IMG/VR virus record: IMGVR_UViG_3300037245_002365
Reading direction: 5' to 3' (one strand)
Source: a virus
Taxonomy: Duplodnaviria > Heunggongvirae > Uroviricota > Caudoviricetes
DNA: 64,000 bases
Part shown: piece by piece, positions 37,057-47,954 of the stretch
How the letters are laid out: every line of letters starts with the position of its first letter
How positions within the stretch are numbered: the first letter of the stretch is position 1
Translations under genes and position numbers: made by a program
The notes under the pieces: generated by a model
The model's input: only the letters and a program-made list of their open reading frames with translations
Databases searched by the model: none
Told to the model about the DNA's origin: nothing

Positions 37057-37091
37057 TTATGTAACTAACATTAACATTGAAAGGAACGAAC

Positions 37092-37673
37092 ATGCAAATA
37101 ACAATAAGTGATATTTTATATCAATTAGTGAATGGGCGTGGACTGACAGCAGACGTTATTGCCGAGACAGTAGGGGTTAGACCCGAAACAGTCGGTCAAT
37201 GGTTGTCTGGAATTAAAGAACCGGGTAAAGACAGTGCAACTGCTTTACTTACTTTTTATAAAAAAGAGTTTGAAATCGAAGATGAAGTTACGCTAGTTGC
37301 GCCAGGGGGCGAGACAAATGTGGCTGACGATAGCGTTGAAGAAGAGACCGTTGAACAAACGGCTGTTCATCACACTTCCACCGAATCCGAACCCGCTACT
37401 GAAACTGAAACAGTTCTAGAAGCGGACACTATTACTGACGACCAACCGGCCGCCAGTGAAACCAACAATGAACCAGAGGATACTGCCAATATGAGTGACA
37501 AAAAAACTACCGATCAAGAAGGACAATCAATTGGAACTAAGGTTTCAACATTCTTCCGTAAACCCGCTGTCAGGAATACCCTTAAAGGTATTGGTGGCGC
37601 GATAATACTTAGCGCAGCCGCTTACGGTGGCGCAGTCGGTGAAAGACGTCGCGGAGCTAGCACTCCTGTTTAA
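37092..37673 (+). CDS. XRE/Cro-type HTH protein with acidic linker and C-terminal hydrophobic helix
   Basis: LTADVIAETVGVRPETVGQWLSGIKEPG; SD GAAAGGA favours ATG 37092. Confidence 0.7.
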   Translation: MQITISDILYQLVNGRGLTADVIAETVGVRPETVGQWLSGIKEPGKDSATALLTFYKKEFEIEDEVTLVAPGGETNVADDSVEEETVEQTAVHHTSTESEPATETETVLEADTITDDQPAASETNNEPEDTANMSDKKTTDQEGQSIGTKVSTFFRKPAVRNTLKGIGGAIILSAAAYGGAVGERRRGASTPV

Positions 37674-37685
37674 CATTAATGGATT

Positions 37686-37712
37686 TGGAAGGGTTATAAA
37701 CCCTTCCATTTC
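37686..37712 (+). terminator. Hairpin/terminator
   Basis: TGGAAGGGTT-ata-AACCCTTCCA then TTT. Confidence 0.6.
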
Positions 37713-37757
37713 CTTACCCTAAAAATCATGCTTTTGGTGTGTTTTTTCGGTTTTATA

Positions 37758-37767
37758 GGTATAAGAA
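37758..37767 (+). promoter_or_regulatory. GGTATAAGAA motif, copy 2
   Basis: Exact 10-mer, intergenic. Confidence 0.7.
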
Positions 37768-37846
37768 ATATGTAACAAACAATAATATAAATAGAATCAA
37801 CACATAACGTGTTGGTGTGTTTATGTTGAGCATAAAGGATACCGCA

Positions 37847-38083
37847 ATGAATGCAAAGAATACAGCAAAGAAACATTGGTGGCAGTCAAAGAATACAACT
37901 GGCTTTGGCGAAGAAGGTAAACCCGCAGGTGAGCCTGTGAATTCTGAACCCAGTCGTGGTCGTTGGAGTCGTGGTAGTGATGCCGTTCTTAACGTAGCAG
38001 GAAAAGTAACTTTGTTACTGATTCTTGTTGCAGCGAGTGTGTCATCTGTAGAAAAAACTAAAAACTCCTACAATAACCTGTAG
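37847..38083 (+). CDS. Small protein with C-terminal TM helix
   Basis: SD AAAGGA before ATG 37847. Confidence 0.55.
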   Translation: MNAKNTAKKHWWQSKNTTGFGEEGKPAGEPVNSEPSRGRWSRGSDAVLNVAGKVTLLLILVAASVSSVEKTKNSYNNL

Positions 38084-38099
38084 GATGAAAATGCTTAGG

Positions 38100-38133
38100 A
38101 TAGGGGGCTACGAAGGTAGCCTCCTATTTTTAT
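38100..38133 (+). terminator. Intrinsic terminator
   Basis: ATAGGGGGCTAC-gaag-GTAGCCTCCTAT plus T run. Confidence 0.75.
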
Positions 38134-38153
38134 TTAAAATAAAAGGAACACAG

Positions 38154-38516
38154 ATGTCTCTTGAAATAACGTACAGAGCGCAAGCTTTTGTAGCAGCCAT
38201 AATCCTATTTGCATTGATCGTTGGTTTTAATGCCATTGGTCTCTCTTTGGTATCTTTAGCCATTTGTTTTGCATACTGGGGATTAGATCACAATCTAAAA
38301 AAGGATGTATATTGGTTAGAGATTAAAGAAAACTACTTTTCGAGGATTGGTGGTATTTTTTGTATCATTGCTTTAATCGCTTTTGTCTTTCATGGCGGAA
38401 GTGTTATTGCGGGATTAACTTTTGCAACTTCAGGACTTTTTCTTGCAGGTTTCAGCTTGTTGGTAGTATGGGAATATCTTCCCATAGGATTTACTCACCC
38501 AAAGTTTAAGGGCTAA
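38154..38516 (+). CDS. Multi-pass membrane protein
   Basis: About four hydrophobic segments; SD AAAGGA places the start at 38154 rather than 38085. Confidence 0.65.
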   Translation: MSLEITYRAQAFVAAIILFALIVGFNAIGLSLVSLAICFAYWGLDHNLKKDVYWLEIKENYFSRIGGIFCIIALIAFVFHGGSVIAGLTFATSGLFLAGFSLLVVWEYLPIGFTHPKFKG

Positions 38517-38527
38517 TTTGGGTGATA

Positions 38528-38557
38528 AAGGGGACTTGCTTTGCATGTCCTCTTTTT
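38528..38557 (+). terminator. Intrinsic terminator
   Basis: AGGGGAC-ttgctttgcat-GTCCTCT plus T run. Confidence 0.65.
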
Positions 38558-38569
38558 ACCTTAAGAATT

Positions 38570-38579
38570 GGTATAAGAA
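38570..38579 (+). promoter_or_regulatory. GGTATAAGAA motif, copy 3
   Basis: Exact 10-mer, intergenic. Confidence 0.7.
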
Positions 38580-38619
38580 CTCTAGTGTAACAATGTAACT
38601 TAAATAAAAGGATACGCTT

Positions 38620-39405
38620 ATGAACCTATTTGCAAAATTACCGATAATATTGGTTTTTATTTTAACCAATGTTGTCTATGCCAGTTTTGGTTTTTACTTT
38701 AGCATGATAGTTTGTGGAACAATATCATTGTTCGCAATCTTGTATGTTAATGAAATAACCTGTTCTGGTGGTTCCGTTCCGTTTTCAATCATGGCCGCAT
38801 TCTGGTATGCGCTTTTGGTTTTTCCTGTTTGGCAGTATGCACGGCTTACTGAGTCAGTCTTTCTTTTCGGTGCTTACCTAATAAGTTTAGGTTTAGTAGC
38901 CGGAGCACTGGCTGGGTACAGAAGAATATACGATGCTTGGAAGGAAGAAACATGGTTACGATTAGTTGCTGTTAGTGCGTTTGTTAAACAAACCCACACT
39001 AGAGTGTATAGTCGTCCTGAAAAGACACTTAGTGGTGATCTCGATATGGCTACTGTTTCCGACACACAACGTTGGATACAAGAGCTGTATGATGCTGGTA
39101 TTGGTAATGCATCGCTGCATGAAATGTGCTTTGCTATGCATGATTGGGATACTGTCCTATCATGGGTAAACGGAAGTACTTTCGGTATGCCAGTGGAGAC
39201 TGTCAATATTATCTGTGACCTTCACAGATACTTCGTTGATCTGGAAGAGTTCGATATAGACGAAGGTCTGCTCGATCTAGTTCCAGAGGATGCTATTGAT
39301 ATGCGTACGCAACAGCTTATTGATGCAACGCATGTGAAAGGGGCCTCAAGTATTGAAGGATTACTTCCGGGTTATCAAAACGAAGCACAATCAGAAAGTA
39401 AATAG
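38620..39405 (+). CDS. Membrane protein with N-terminal TM bundle and soluble C-terminus
   Basis: About four hydrophobic helices then an acidic domain; SD AAAGGA. Confidence 0.65.
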   Translation: MNLFAKLPIILVFILTNVVYASFGFYFSMIVCGTISLFAILYVNEITCSGGSVPFSIMAAFWYALLVFPVWQYARLTESVFLFGAYLISLGLVAGALAGYRRIYDAWKEETWLRLVAVSAFVKQTHTRVYSRPEKTLSGDLDMATVSDTQRWIQELYDAGIGNASLHEMCFAMHDWDTVLSWVNGSTFGMPVETVNIICDLHRYFVDLEEFDIDEGLLDLVPEDAIDMRTQQLIDATHVKGASSIEGLLPGYQNEAQSESK

Positions 39406-39407
39406 AC

Positions 39408-39815
39408 ATGGTAATACCTGAATGGTGTGACAACCTTAAAGATAATGGCCGTGGCATCTATTGCGAAACTTGTGCTACTTATTGGGTACACGGAGTTTGT
39501 AGATGTGAAAGCATCTTACGGGTTGGTTGCGAGTGTGAGGAATGCAAAAAACCTGCACCAATGCCAATAAAGGGTACGATTAAAGGTTTGTTTATCAAGG
39601 GAATTGAGTTACCTAACGGTGCTTGGATTGTCGAGGTAACTAAGTACCACAAGAGATTCCTTGGGTTTATAGGCCGTAAAAAACCACCTGCAGTATTGCG
39701 GGCAGTTGGTTATGGGTATTCTTGGAAGTACTTGGACACTATGAACTCTCCTAACGATAAAATTAGGCTAATGCTTAATGGTATCTACGGAAAGTTGTGT
39801 TCAGGTAAGTTGTGA
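39408..39815 (+). CDS. Hypothetical protein with Cys-rich N-terminus
   Basis: WCD..CETC..CRCE..CECEEC. Confidence 0.55.
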   Translation: MVIPEWCDNLKDNGRGIYCETCATYWVHGVCRCESILRVGCECEECKKPAPMPIKGTIKGLFIKGIELPNGAWIVEVTKYHKRFLGFIGRKKPPAVLRAVGYGYSWKYLDTMNSPNDKIRLMLNGIYGKLCSGKL

Positions 39816-39910
39816 GCGTTATCACTAACGAACAAGAGGCTAAGAAGCTAATGCACTATTAGACTTAACAAAATATACATAGATTAGAATAGACTGGCTG
39901 ACGTATGATT

Positions 39911-39942
39911 AAAAAGGGCCCACAACTGTGAGCCCTTTTTTT
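39911..39942. terminator. Bidirectional intrinsic terminator
   Basis: A5-GGGCCCAC-aact-GTGAGCCC-T7 between convergent genes. Confidence 0.8.
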
Positions 39943-39962
39943 ATCTTAAGAATTGTGTGTGC

Positions 39963-41300
39963 TTATGCAGCCGCTGTTCCTGTGTAAACATGCCAGTTGG
40001 TTCCGTCACTTAATACTATATAACTTTTTGTGTTTCCACCGTTGTCATTAATAATCTTCATAAACCCAGTTCCAGCTTTGTCTGCTGAACCATAGGCTGA
40101 ATCAAGTTCCGCCGTAGTTGGTGGGTTTGAAAAGTTCGAAGTATCTATAGAACCTAAAAGAGTTGCGTCGTCTGGATACAAGCGTATTATCCATTTACCA
40201 TTGCAATACACCATTGTCCCGTCAGGCCCAGGTTGTAGGTCTGTATACTTCTCTCTACTGCCTGCATGGTGTACTTTATGTTGTATGTAATTGCCATCAC
40301 TGTCTATAAGGTTGTGACGTAAGTATGAGCCACTCTCCTGAGTATTCAAAGCCCATACACATAATATACGGTTGCCTGCAACTGCTCTAGCGCAGTAGGC
40401 ATTTCCAGTGGTATATACTCCATTAGCTATCTCAACAGGAGAGGTAAAACCTTTACTTATTGGATCATAAAAAATCATAAACACTTTAGTATCGCTGGAA
40501 CCACGGTAAGCAAATAAATAACGACCATCAGTCATTATAGAAAGGTTAACTGAATGTGCTTCATCTGTTGTAGTAATGTCTGTTTCTCCTATGACCTCTA
40601 CACCATCTTTAGTATAAATAGTCATAGCACCATAACGTGAATTGCTTCCCCTATTAAAAAACACTAAATTGCCTTCTGCATTCTCAACTACGTCTACCGC
40701 ATTGAAATTTACACTATTGCCTGATGGTGTGTAATTAACTGGGTCTAGTACAACATTGAAGTCTTCATCTATAATAGCAAAATGCCATAGCATTCCACCG
40801 CCAGTATCTCCCCGGAATGTAACCAGTATGTTACCATCACTAAGTTTTGTATAATGTTGATAGTCAATATCAGTCACGTCTTTGGGACTATAAGTTATTT
40901 GTGATCCTACTTCTGCCCCTTCGATTGGGTCATATTTGTGTAACAAAATACTAGGAGTTGCTAACACGCCTACCATAATCGTATCGCCAGTTAGTCTACA
41001 TCCAGCACTATCTGGATAGTTTCCACCTGTGGCTACTGGTGTTTGTTCGGTTGTTGTTCCGTCACTCTCTGATAAAGCACATTTAAAGTACCCATCGTAT
41101 GCATATAGTCTAACTGCAGTTCCCGCCATCGTTAGTGGGATTATGCTTTGGTATGTCGTAATTTCATCTACCGCATTGCCCCATTCGGCTCTATAAGTGT
41201 GCGGTAATGATTGATCTGTCGGTGTTAATTTAGAGTCATACACCGTTGTATCGGCTGTTACAGTAGAGGCACCTATTCCTCCCCATGCTCCTATTCCCAT
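39963..41300 (-). CDS. Beta-propeller-like virion/fibre accessory protein
   Basis: Repeated blade-like segments (L.DG..L..Y) and a short C-terminal tail-type module. Confidence 0.5.
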   Translation of the reverse strand: MGIGAWGGIGASTVTADTTVYDSKLTPTDQSLPHTYRAEWGNAVDEITTYQSIIPLTMAGTAVRLYAYDGYFKCALSESDGTTTEQTPVATGGNYPDSAGCRLTGDTIMVGVLATPSILLHKYDPIEGAEVGSQITYSPKDVTDIDYQHYTKLSDGNILVTFRGDTGGGMLWHFAIIDEDFNVVLDPVNYTPSGNSVNFNAVDVVENAEGNLVFFNRGSNSRYGAMTIYTKDGVEVIGETDITTTDEAHSVNLSIMTDGRYLFAYRGSSDTKVFMIFYDPISKGFTSPVEIANGVYTTGNAYCARAVAGNRILCVWALNTQESGSYLRHNLIDSDGNYIQHKVHHAGSREKYTDLQPGPDGTMVYCNGKWIIRLYPDDATLLGSIDTSNFSNPPTTAELDSAYGSADKAGTGFMKIINDNGGNTKSYIVLSDGTNWHVYTGTAAA

Positions 41301-41620
41301 TATCCTATACCTACTATGTGTACGGTTACGTTACTGCCACCAGTTACTCTGATAACAGAGAAATATGTGTAGTTAACATTCTCTAGAGCGATGTTGCCAT
41401 TCGCCGCTAAAATTGCGTGATTGTTTGTTGCGGTTACTGCGCTAGTTCCCCATATGACATATGCTTTACTAGCTGAGTCATTTTGAATTAATACGTCTCG
41501 TAAAGTATCTGCTGTTATTACACTAAAATTATTCTGTACAGCTGTGTCATCAGTTGTTGTTAGTGTTATGATTTCTGGGTCTAATAATGCAGGTCCCAAT
41601 GCTGCTGGTAAAAAAGCCAT
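41300..41620 (-). CDS. Small beta-sandwich protein, paralog of 48296-48721
   Basis: LTTTDDTAVQNNF..RDVLIQND..YVIWG..aligns by eye with LTTSSDTAVQANF..RDILLQND..YVTWG. Confidence 0.65.
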   Translation of the reverse strand: MAFLPAALGPALLDPEIITLTTTDDTAVQNNFSVITADTLRDVLIQNDSASKAYVIWGTSAVTATNNHAILAANGNIALENVNYTYFSVIRVTGGSNVTVHIVGIG

Positions 41621-41655
41621 TTTGCTTCTCCTAATTTTGTTACTTATCTATTATT

Positions 41656-41684
41656 AATATACGAAAACACTTTGGATAAGTCAA
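41656..41684 (-). promoter_or_regulatory. Sigma70-type promoter TTGACT-N17-TATATT
   Basis: Intergenic. Confidence 0.8.
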
Positions 41685-41689
41685 TGTGT

Positions 41690-44600
41690 TTAATCTATCC
41701 GTCTCCATGATCCATTTTCATAAAATTGCACTTGATTATATGTTGTACAATATATCATCATTCCATTAACACCTGTTAATGCGTTTCTTTCTGTTTCGTT
41801 CATTCTTGGCATTAAGAATGCTCCTGTAGTAGATTTAACTTCTAAAGCTGCACTATCCTTTAATGCTGTACCTTGACCACCACCGATTCTAATGTGTCCG
41901 AGCGAGAGATTGCCCCAAATAGCATTTCCAATATTTAAGGAGTTAGAGCTTCTTCCATTTACTGTTTCAGTAGTGTACCCAATCAAAATATTATTGTCGT
42001 CAATACTCGTAGAGACCCCTACGTCATTTCCAGATTCTGAACCAAGAATTATATTGAAATACCCGTCTGTAATTCCTCTTCCACTAGATGCTCCTAAAAC
42101 TAAATTACTATCGCCATCAGTCAAATTTATAAGAGTTATATCTCCAAGCACGATATTTCCTGATCCAGTTCCTATTCCTGCTGGAATAGGAGTACCTATA
42201 TAAACATTTCCAACAGAGTCTTCTTCAAAAGCCATATTATTTATATCGCCAGTAACTTCAAGACCGCCACTAATTTTAGTATCGCCGTCTACCCATAGTC
42301 TCTCTGGACCAGAAGGTTTAGCAGTAGTTCTTGTAATGGCTACATAATGGTCGTCCGTATTTGCATGTATTTCATTTCCAAGATTCATGTAATCCGTTGT
42401 TTCTCCAGAAGGAACATTGCAGGAATAGCCTAATAAAATTACATCGTTTAGGGTGTTATTAGCTGAACTACCAGCAGACTTACCTAGGATAGTACATCTA
42501 CTCATATTAGTTGCACTTCTGGCAATGTTAGTACCAAATAGTACATTATCAAGGAAACTATTTACGTCATCAACACTGCTATGCCCTATAACGATGTTGT
42601 CTGATGCATTTTCGCAGTTAGACATAGCAAGATTATGACCCATCACAATGTTGCTATCTGTAGCAAGTGTTAGTCCTGTCATAATGGTAGTACCTATACC
42701 AATATTTTTGTCTGAATTTCCTTCAAGTGTGGGCATAACATTCGTGCCAATAACAATGTTGTAGTGGGCATCATCAGATGTTAGACTGGTCATATTTCCA
42801 GTACCAATTGAGATATTACTACCGCCAATATTCGAGGGAATTTCTTCGCCTAAAAAGATGTTTAAATCTCCATCTTCATGGAGGATGGTACCATTTATTG
42901 CATCATCAACAGTTAAATCTCCTCTTACTCTTGTATCTCCCCAAACATCTAGTGTTTTATTTGGAGAACTAAAGCGGTCTACATTTATTCCACACCGTCC
43001 GTCAGAAGTAAAGATCATTCTTTGAGCTAATACGCCACTGGTATCTTGACTCTCTAAAGCAAGATTGAATCCTAGGCTTCCACTCACACTATCAGGCTTT
43101 TCGGCTTCTATTCTGGCAACCATGGCTTCGTCACCAGCATCGTTGTATACAGCACCAAACGCTATTCCACCACCTACTCCTTCCGCTTGAGGCGAGGAAT
43201 CAATAACCATAATTTGGTTATCGTCTGCACTTTCTACTTCCAAAGGTAACTGTATTGTAGCGTCTCTATTAATCCCTACTTTTCCATCACTAGTTACTAC
43301 AATTCTATCAATAGAATTTGTTACAATTTGAAATGGCTTGTCTATCCAAGTACCAATTCGATTGTATTCTTTTGTTCCTTCAAACCTAAGATCAGTATAA
43401 GTTGAATCCAGGAAAGTTTTAATAGTGTTGTTGGAACCCCTAACGACATTTAGGCTTGCTCCCATATTTGCATCTAGAATCATTTGACCAGTGCTGTCTA
43501 TTGATATAAGGGTGTCGTTGTCGCTATTTCGGAAATAGATTTTCTTTGCTCCAGCAGAGTCACCAACCTTAAATACTATATTGTCAGTAACGGAATTAAT
43601 AGTGAAAGCAACCTGTGCCTGAAGTGTCAGAGGACGACTAGCGTGTATGTAAGCATTTCTGCTTTGACTAACATAAAATCTTATATAATCATTTCCCTCT
43701 GGAGCCCTTCTCCAAATCTTGAGTATTTTACCGTTCTCGACGTTACCTACATCGGTGTCTCCAAAGAATTCTACGTCTCCTTGAGCATCGGGTTGTATTT
43801 TTAGAAGACCGGTAGACCAGAACTCTGGAGCCCTTACTCCCCCAGTTACTTTCAACATTCCGTCTGATTCTATTCTAGCTACTTCTGAACCACTATAACC
43901 TCCAGTATAAAATGTTGTCATAGCACCAGGGCCACTGGCAATCCTTAGCTCACTAGATTCAACACCTAGTGAATAAGTGTCGCTGTATAAATTTATCTTG
44001 ACCCCTGTTGTATTCTCAAATTGTAAAGTGCCATCCCCTAATAAATCTGTTACACTTTTATCCCATGCTGTAAATATGGGGTCGGTTTCAGTGTATGAAG
44101 TCAAAACATTAACATTGTTTACCTTCATAGCAGTAGCTTTTATTGTACCTTCAACATCTAATGTTGAGGTTGGGTTAATTTTATTTATAGCAAGACGCTT
44201 GTTTGCATTATCCCACTCAAATAGATTGTCAACATTTAATCCTCCAAAACCGCTACCAAATGGAACTTTGCCATCAGTAAAACCTTCCAATTGTGATCCG
44301 GCTATAAGTATTCCACTACTCTTGTCCCATGCTGTGAATACCGGGTCTGTTTCGGTTTCATGGTCGCCCCAATTGTATGCAGTGTTCCAATTGGTTCTTT
44401 CTGTGTCCGTTACGACTAGAGTGCTACCTGCATTCGTGATGCTACCAGCGGGGTCTGCTGATGTTAAAACAGTATTACCACCTGCTGTGATACTCCCGTC
44501 AACAGCTAAATTATCCTCTATTGTAACGGTGTCTCCAGCTGAATTTCTGATAAGGGGTGTTTCAAGATAACTAGATATATCTGCTGAAGTAATAGCAATA

Positions 44601-47600
44601 GTAGTAGCATATAATTCTGATACATTTATACTTGGAGCATCTAGTCCTGCCGAGAATCTAAACCAATCGCTACCTGAATCCCAATCTATATAATCAGAAC
44701 CACTGTCATTGAGATAAAGTTTGTTCGCTGTTAGGTTTCCTGTAGCATAAATATCTTCACCGACATACAACTCGTCATAACAATTAACTGTTCCTGCGCC
44801 TGTATCTACATCAAAGTGTATGTTAATACCTTCGGGATCTGTTATTGCTATTTTGTCTGACCATCCCTGAATCCTACCTGCACTAGTTTCGTCTACAATA
44901 AACTCAATAAAGGGGTCTACATTCTTATGTATTGTTATACCGTCATTAATAATATTAACATCTAGATTGTCGATAGTTGCATTATTGAGAACAAACAGAT
45001 CGCCGGTAATTATGTCATCACCAATTAAGTTACCAAACTCCAACTCATTAATATTTACATTCTCTGCGGTTATATCATCAGCAGTTATAACATTGGCAGT
45101 TAAATCGTCAATAACCACGTTACCTTGTATAACAGTGTCATACTGATGGGTGAAAATGCCCCCACCATCGTTTGATACTATTATATACTTTCCATCACTG
45201 GACATTTTAATGTCTGACTTCTCACTGGCACTCGTACCGTAAAGGAGAGTCCATGTTTGTCCATAATCGTCTGAAAGGAATAAACTATATGATACTTCAT
45301 ATGTCGTCTGTGCAGCAATTTGATATTTTCCATCACTGGACATAGCCACGGCCACATAATCTCCATCATTTCCTTTTTGACTGAATGTACTTCCATAATT
45401 AGATGAAACATAAATACTTTTGTTAGTATCATGATTTGCCGCTGTTTGGTATTTTCCGTCAGAAGACATGGCTATACCTTCCCATAGAAACGAGCCGCCT
45501 ACACTAGCCCAAGTTTCGCCGTAATCAGTAGAGCGATAAAGGTTATTCTCAGTGCTAGTTGCAGTAATATATTTTCCGTCACTTGAGCAAGCTACACGTT
45601 GCCAATAACTTGATATACCTTTTTGATTCCATGTTTGACCATAATCATAAGAAATATAAATGTACTCTGGATTACCATCGCCACCACATACTGTTACCTG
45701 TACTCTTCCGTCGCTAGACATATCAACGTTAGATCGTGACAGGCCGCCCTCGCCAGCCGCAACCCACGTAACACCATAATCATCCGAGGTATAAATGTCA
45801 CCATATGACGCTGTTGCAGTTTGGTATTTTCCATCGCTGGACATAGCAATACCTGTCCATGATTTAGTTTCTGATGTAGTTATTGCCCAAGTAATACCAT
45901 AATCTGAAGAAATTTGAATTGGGCCACCCCTTTTCACTGCTGTTTGGTATTTCCCATCACTTGATATAGCTATTTGTGTCCAAGGGTCTGGATCAATTAC
46001 ACGAGTTAATGTTATAAAGTTTGACTGTTGGATATAAATGTTGCCAGAAGTTACAGTACCCACTTGGATTTCTGCACCACTGGATAAAGCGATTCCTGTC
46101 CAGTCTCTATTAACTTCATCGTTTTTGAACCAGCCTTTTCCATAATTTTCGGAGACGTAAATTTTACCGCCATTCACCACTGCGGTTTGGTACTGACCAT
46201 CACTAGACATGGAAACGTCTGTGTAATCCCTATAAGTATCTTCGTGGTAATCCCAGTTGTTGCCATAATCAGAAGATACCCAAACTCTTTCTGAATCTGC
46301 AACCGCTGTCATATACTTTCCATTAGCAGACATGTCGATGCCTGTCCAATTCCAAATAGTACTTTTACCAGAGAAGTTAACACCATAATCAGATGAAACG
46401 TAAATTGTTTGACCAGCAGCTCCCACTGCTTGGTATTGTCCTGTGCTAGATACAGCAACACAAGCCATAGAACCATTTTTACTTCTAAGAGACCAAGTTT
46501 CTCCGTAATCGGAAGATACATAAATATCACCGTCACTAGTACCAGCAGTTTGATACTGCCCAGTACTAGACATTCCTACACTAAGCCAATTTCTAACACT
46601 GTCTTTTTGTGTCCGGGTGACACCATAATTTGAGGATTTATAAATTTGACCACCGTTTACTACAGCAGTTTGATATTGTCCATCGCTAGAAATAGCGACG
46701 TCTCGCCAAGCCCTATCACTGTCTCTCTCTGTCCAACTGACACCATAATCATCTGAAGTGTAATAATTGCCATTGTCTACTACTGCGGAGATATATTGCG
46801 TATCACTAGATACTGCAACTTTCTTCCAGTCCCTAGCACTCTCTGTAGCTTCCCAGTCATTAATAGTTGGGGAAGACTTCCAATGGCTTTCTGAAATTCT
46901 AGTTCTACCGACGTAAACACCGTCGGATTGTTTTGAGACAAGGTTGCCTTCAAGAAGAGCTTGTCCACCGATATTTAGTTTATCAGTTACATCGTCCCAT
47001 GATAAATGGGCGTTGTCTTGAGTTAATTTTCCATTTGAGGATGCAAACGGAATTGAGCCCTCTGTGAAACCGCCTCCCTCAACATATGTTGAGTGTATTA
47101 AATCCCACTTATCGGCATTGTCCTCAAACGTACCCGTTTGAATACCTGTTACGGTACATACATATATTTGTCTTTCATGTATTAATAATTGACCTTCATC
47201 ATAAGTGCCACCACTATAATATGGTATTGTTTGAAGAAGATTCTCTTCTACGACAAAGGATGTATCTGCTAAAAAGTAAGGCTCATCCCCGGCAGCGTTG
47301 ACCTTCATTGAGAAGGTTTCATCACTGCTAAAGCGAATCAGGTATGTCATACCTGCATTAAATTCTAGATGCCCTTCCAGTTTGATACGTTGTTCATCTT
47401 CAATGCCCCAACCTTCATGAGAAAATAGCTGACTAAATATTTTAGTACCTGTATCCACACCATCCTCGTATACTTCAATTCTTACAGGTGCTAATGGAGC
47501 AGATGCACCAGTTTTAAAAGTAGCATCATGTATTAGTGCATGAAATGGTACTTGAGATTCAATATAATCGAATTGAGTTCCTGACCATTCATTACTTTGA

Positions 47601-47953
47601 TCAGGATTAAATGGAAGATTTTCTACATAGTTATATGCGTTTAAAACTTGAACATCACTAGTGGTTAAACCAGTATTATCATCATACTCACTATGAGCAT
47701 GAAAATGTAAATGTCCATCTGATGATTCAGTCGCTAAATGGTGACCAACACCTGCTATTCCAACATTGTGTCCGACCCAAACTGAGTTAGGGCCAGTCTC
47801 GAAAGAGGCAGGTTGCCAAAGGCCATTTACCAGTTTTTCGACGACAACAACCTTCGAGTACTCATCTATATAAAACCGAGAGCTGCCTTCTTTATCAACT
47901 CTACCTTCGTTTACGTAAAGTTTTCCGTCGTCTATTGATGCATTATAAGTCAT
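41690..47953 (-). CDS. Giant fibre/adhesin-like protein (~2090 aa) with two BNR/Asp-box beta-propellers and C-terminal N..IG repeats
   Basis: Twelve SxDYGxTW-type Asp-boxes in two groups of six; ETDP.FTAWDKS twice; YadA-like NIxIG repeats. Likely start ATG 47953 (track start 48001 overlaps the upstream ORF). Confidence 0.8.
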   Translation of the reverse strand: MTYNASIDDGKLYVNEGRVDKEGSSRFYIDEYSKVVVVEKLVNGLWQPASFETGPNSVWVGHNVGIAGVGHHLATESSDGHLHFHAHSEYDDNTGLTTSDVQVLNAYNYVENLPFNPDQSNEWSGTQFDYIESQVPFHALIHDATFKTGASAPLAPVRIEVYEDGVDTGTKIFSQLFSHEGWGIEDEQRIKLEGHLEFNAGMTYLIRFSSDETFSMKVNAAGDEPYFLADTSFVVEENLLQTIPYYSGGTYDEGQLLIHERQIYVCTVTGIQTGTFEDNADKWDLIHSTYVEGGGFTEGSIPFASSNGKLTQDNAHLSWDDVTDKLNIGGQALLEGNLVSKQSDGVYVGRTRISESHWKSSPTINDWEATESARDWKKVAVSSDTQYISAVVDNGNYYTSDDYGVSWTERDSDRAWRDVAISSDGQYQTAVVNGGQIYKSSNYGVTRTQKDSVRNWLSVGMSSTGQYQTAGTSDGDIYVSSDYGETWSLRSKNGSMACVAVSSTGQYQAVGAAGQTIYVSSDYGVNFSGKSTIWNWTGIDMSANGKYMTAVADSERVWVSSDYGNNWDYHEDTYRDYTDVSMSSDGQYQTAVVNGGKIYVSENYGKGWFKNDEVNRDWTGIALSSGAEIQVGTVTSGNIYIQQSNFITLTRVIDPDPWTQIAISSDGKYQTAVKRGGPIQISSDYGITWAITTSETKSWTGIAMSSDGKYQTATASYGDIYTSDDYGVTWVAAGEGGLSRSNVDMSSDGRVQVTVCGGDGNPEYIYISYDYGQTWNQKGISSYWQRVACSSDGKYITATSTENNLYRSTDYGETWASVGGSFLWEGIAMSSDGKYQTAANHDTNKSIYVSSNYGSTFSQKGNDGDYVAVAMSSDGKYQIAAQTTYEVSYSLFLSDDYGQTWTLLYGTSASEKSDIKMSSDGKYIIVSNDGGGIFTHQYDTVIQGNVVIDDLTANVITADDITAENVNINELEFGNLIGDDIITGDLFVLNNATIDNLDVNIINDGITIHKNVDPFIEFIVDETSAGRIQGWSDKIAITDPEGINIHFDVDTGAGTVNCYDELYVGEDIYATGNLTANKLYLNDSGSDYIDWDSGSDWFRFSAGLDAPSINVSELYATTIAITSADISSYLETPLIRNSAGDTVTIEDNLAVDGSITAGGNTVLTSADPAGSITNAGSTLVVTDTERTNWNTAYNWGDHETETDPVFTAWDKSSGILIAGSQLEGFTDGKVPFGSGFGGLNVDNLFEWDNANKRLAINKINPTSTLDVEGTIKATAMKVNNVNVLTSYTETDPIFTAWDKSVTDLLGDGTLQFENTTGVKINLYSDTYSLGVESSELRIASGPGAMTTFYTGGYSGSEVARIESDGMLKVTGGVRAPEFWSTGLLKIQPDAQGDVEFFGDTDVGNVENGKILKIWRRAPEGNDYIRFYVSQSRNAYIHASRPLTLQAQVAFTINSVTDNIVFKVGDSAGAKKIYFRNSDNDTLISIDSTGQMILDANMGASLNVVRGSNNTIKTFLDSTYTDLRFEGTKEYNRIGTWIDKPFQIVTNSIDRIVVTSDGKVGINRDATIQLPLEVESADDNQIMVIDSSPQAEGVGGGIAFGAVYNDAGDEAMVARIEAEKPDSVSGSLGFNLALESQDTSGVLAQRMIFTSDGRCGINVDRFSSPNKTLDVWGDTRVRGDLTVDDAINGTILHEDGDLNIFLGEEIPSNIGGSNISIGTGNMTSLTSDDAHYNIVIGTNVMPTLEGNSDKNIGIGTTIMTGLTLATDSNIVMGHNLAMSNCENASDNIVIGHSSVDDVNSFLDNVLFGTNIARSATNMSRCTILGKSAGSSANNTLNDVILLGYSCNVPSGETTDYMNLGNEIHANTDDHYVAITRTTAKPSGPERLWVDGDTKISGGLEVTGDINNMAFEEDSVGNVYIGTPIPAGIGTGSGNIVLGDITLINLTDGDSNLVLGASSGRGITDGYFNIILGSESGNDVGVSTSIDDNNILIGYTTETVNGRSSNSLNIGNAIWGNLSLGHIRIGGGQGTALKDSAALEVKSTTGAFLMPRMNETERNALTGVNGMMIYCTTYNQVQFYENGSWRRID

Positions 47954-47954
47954 T

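Noticed and set aside
38085-38153. Longer N-terminus for the membrane ORF (and likewise 55566-55715)
   Set aside because: The extensions run through terminator hairpins or the promoter motif; SD sites support the downstream ATGs.
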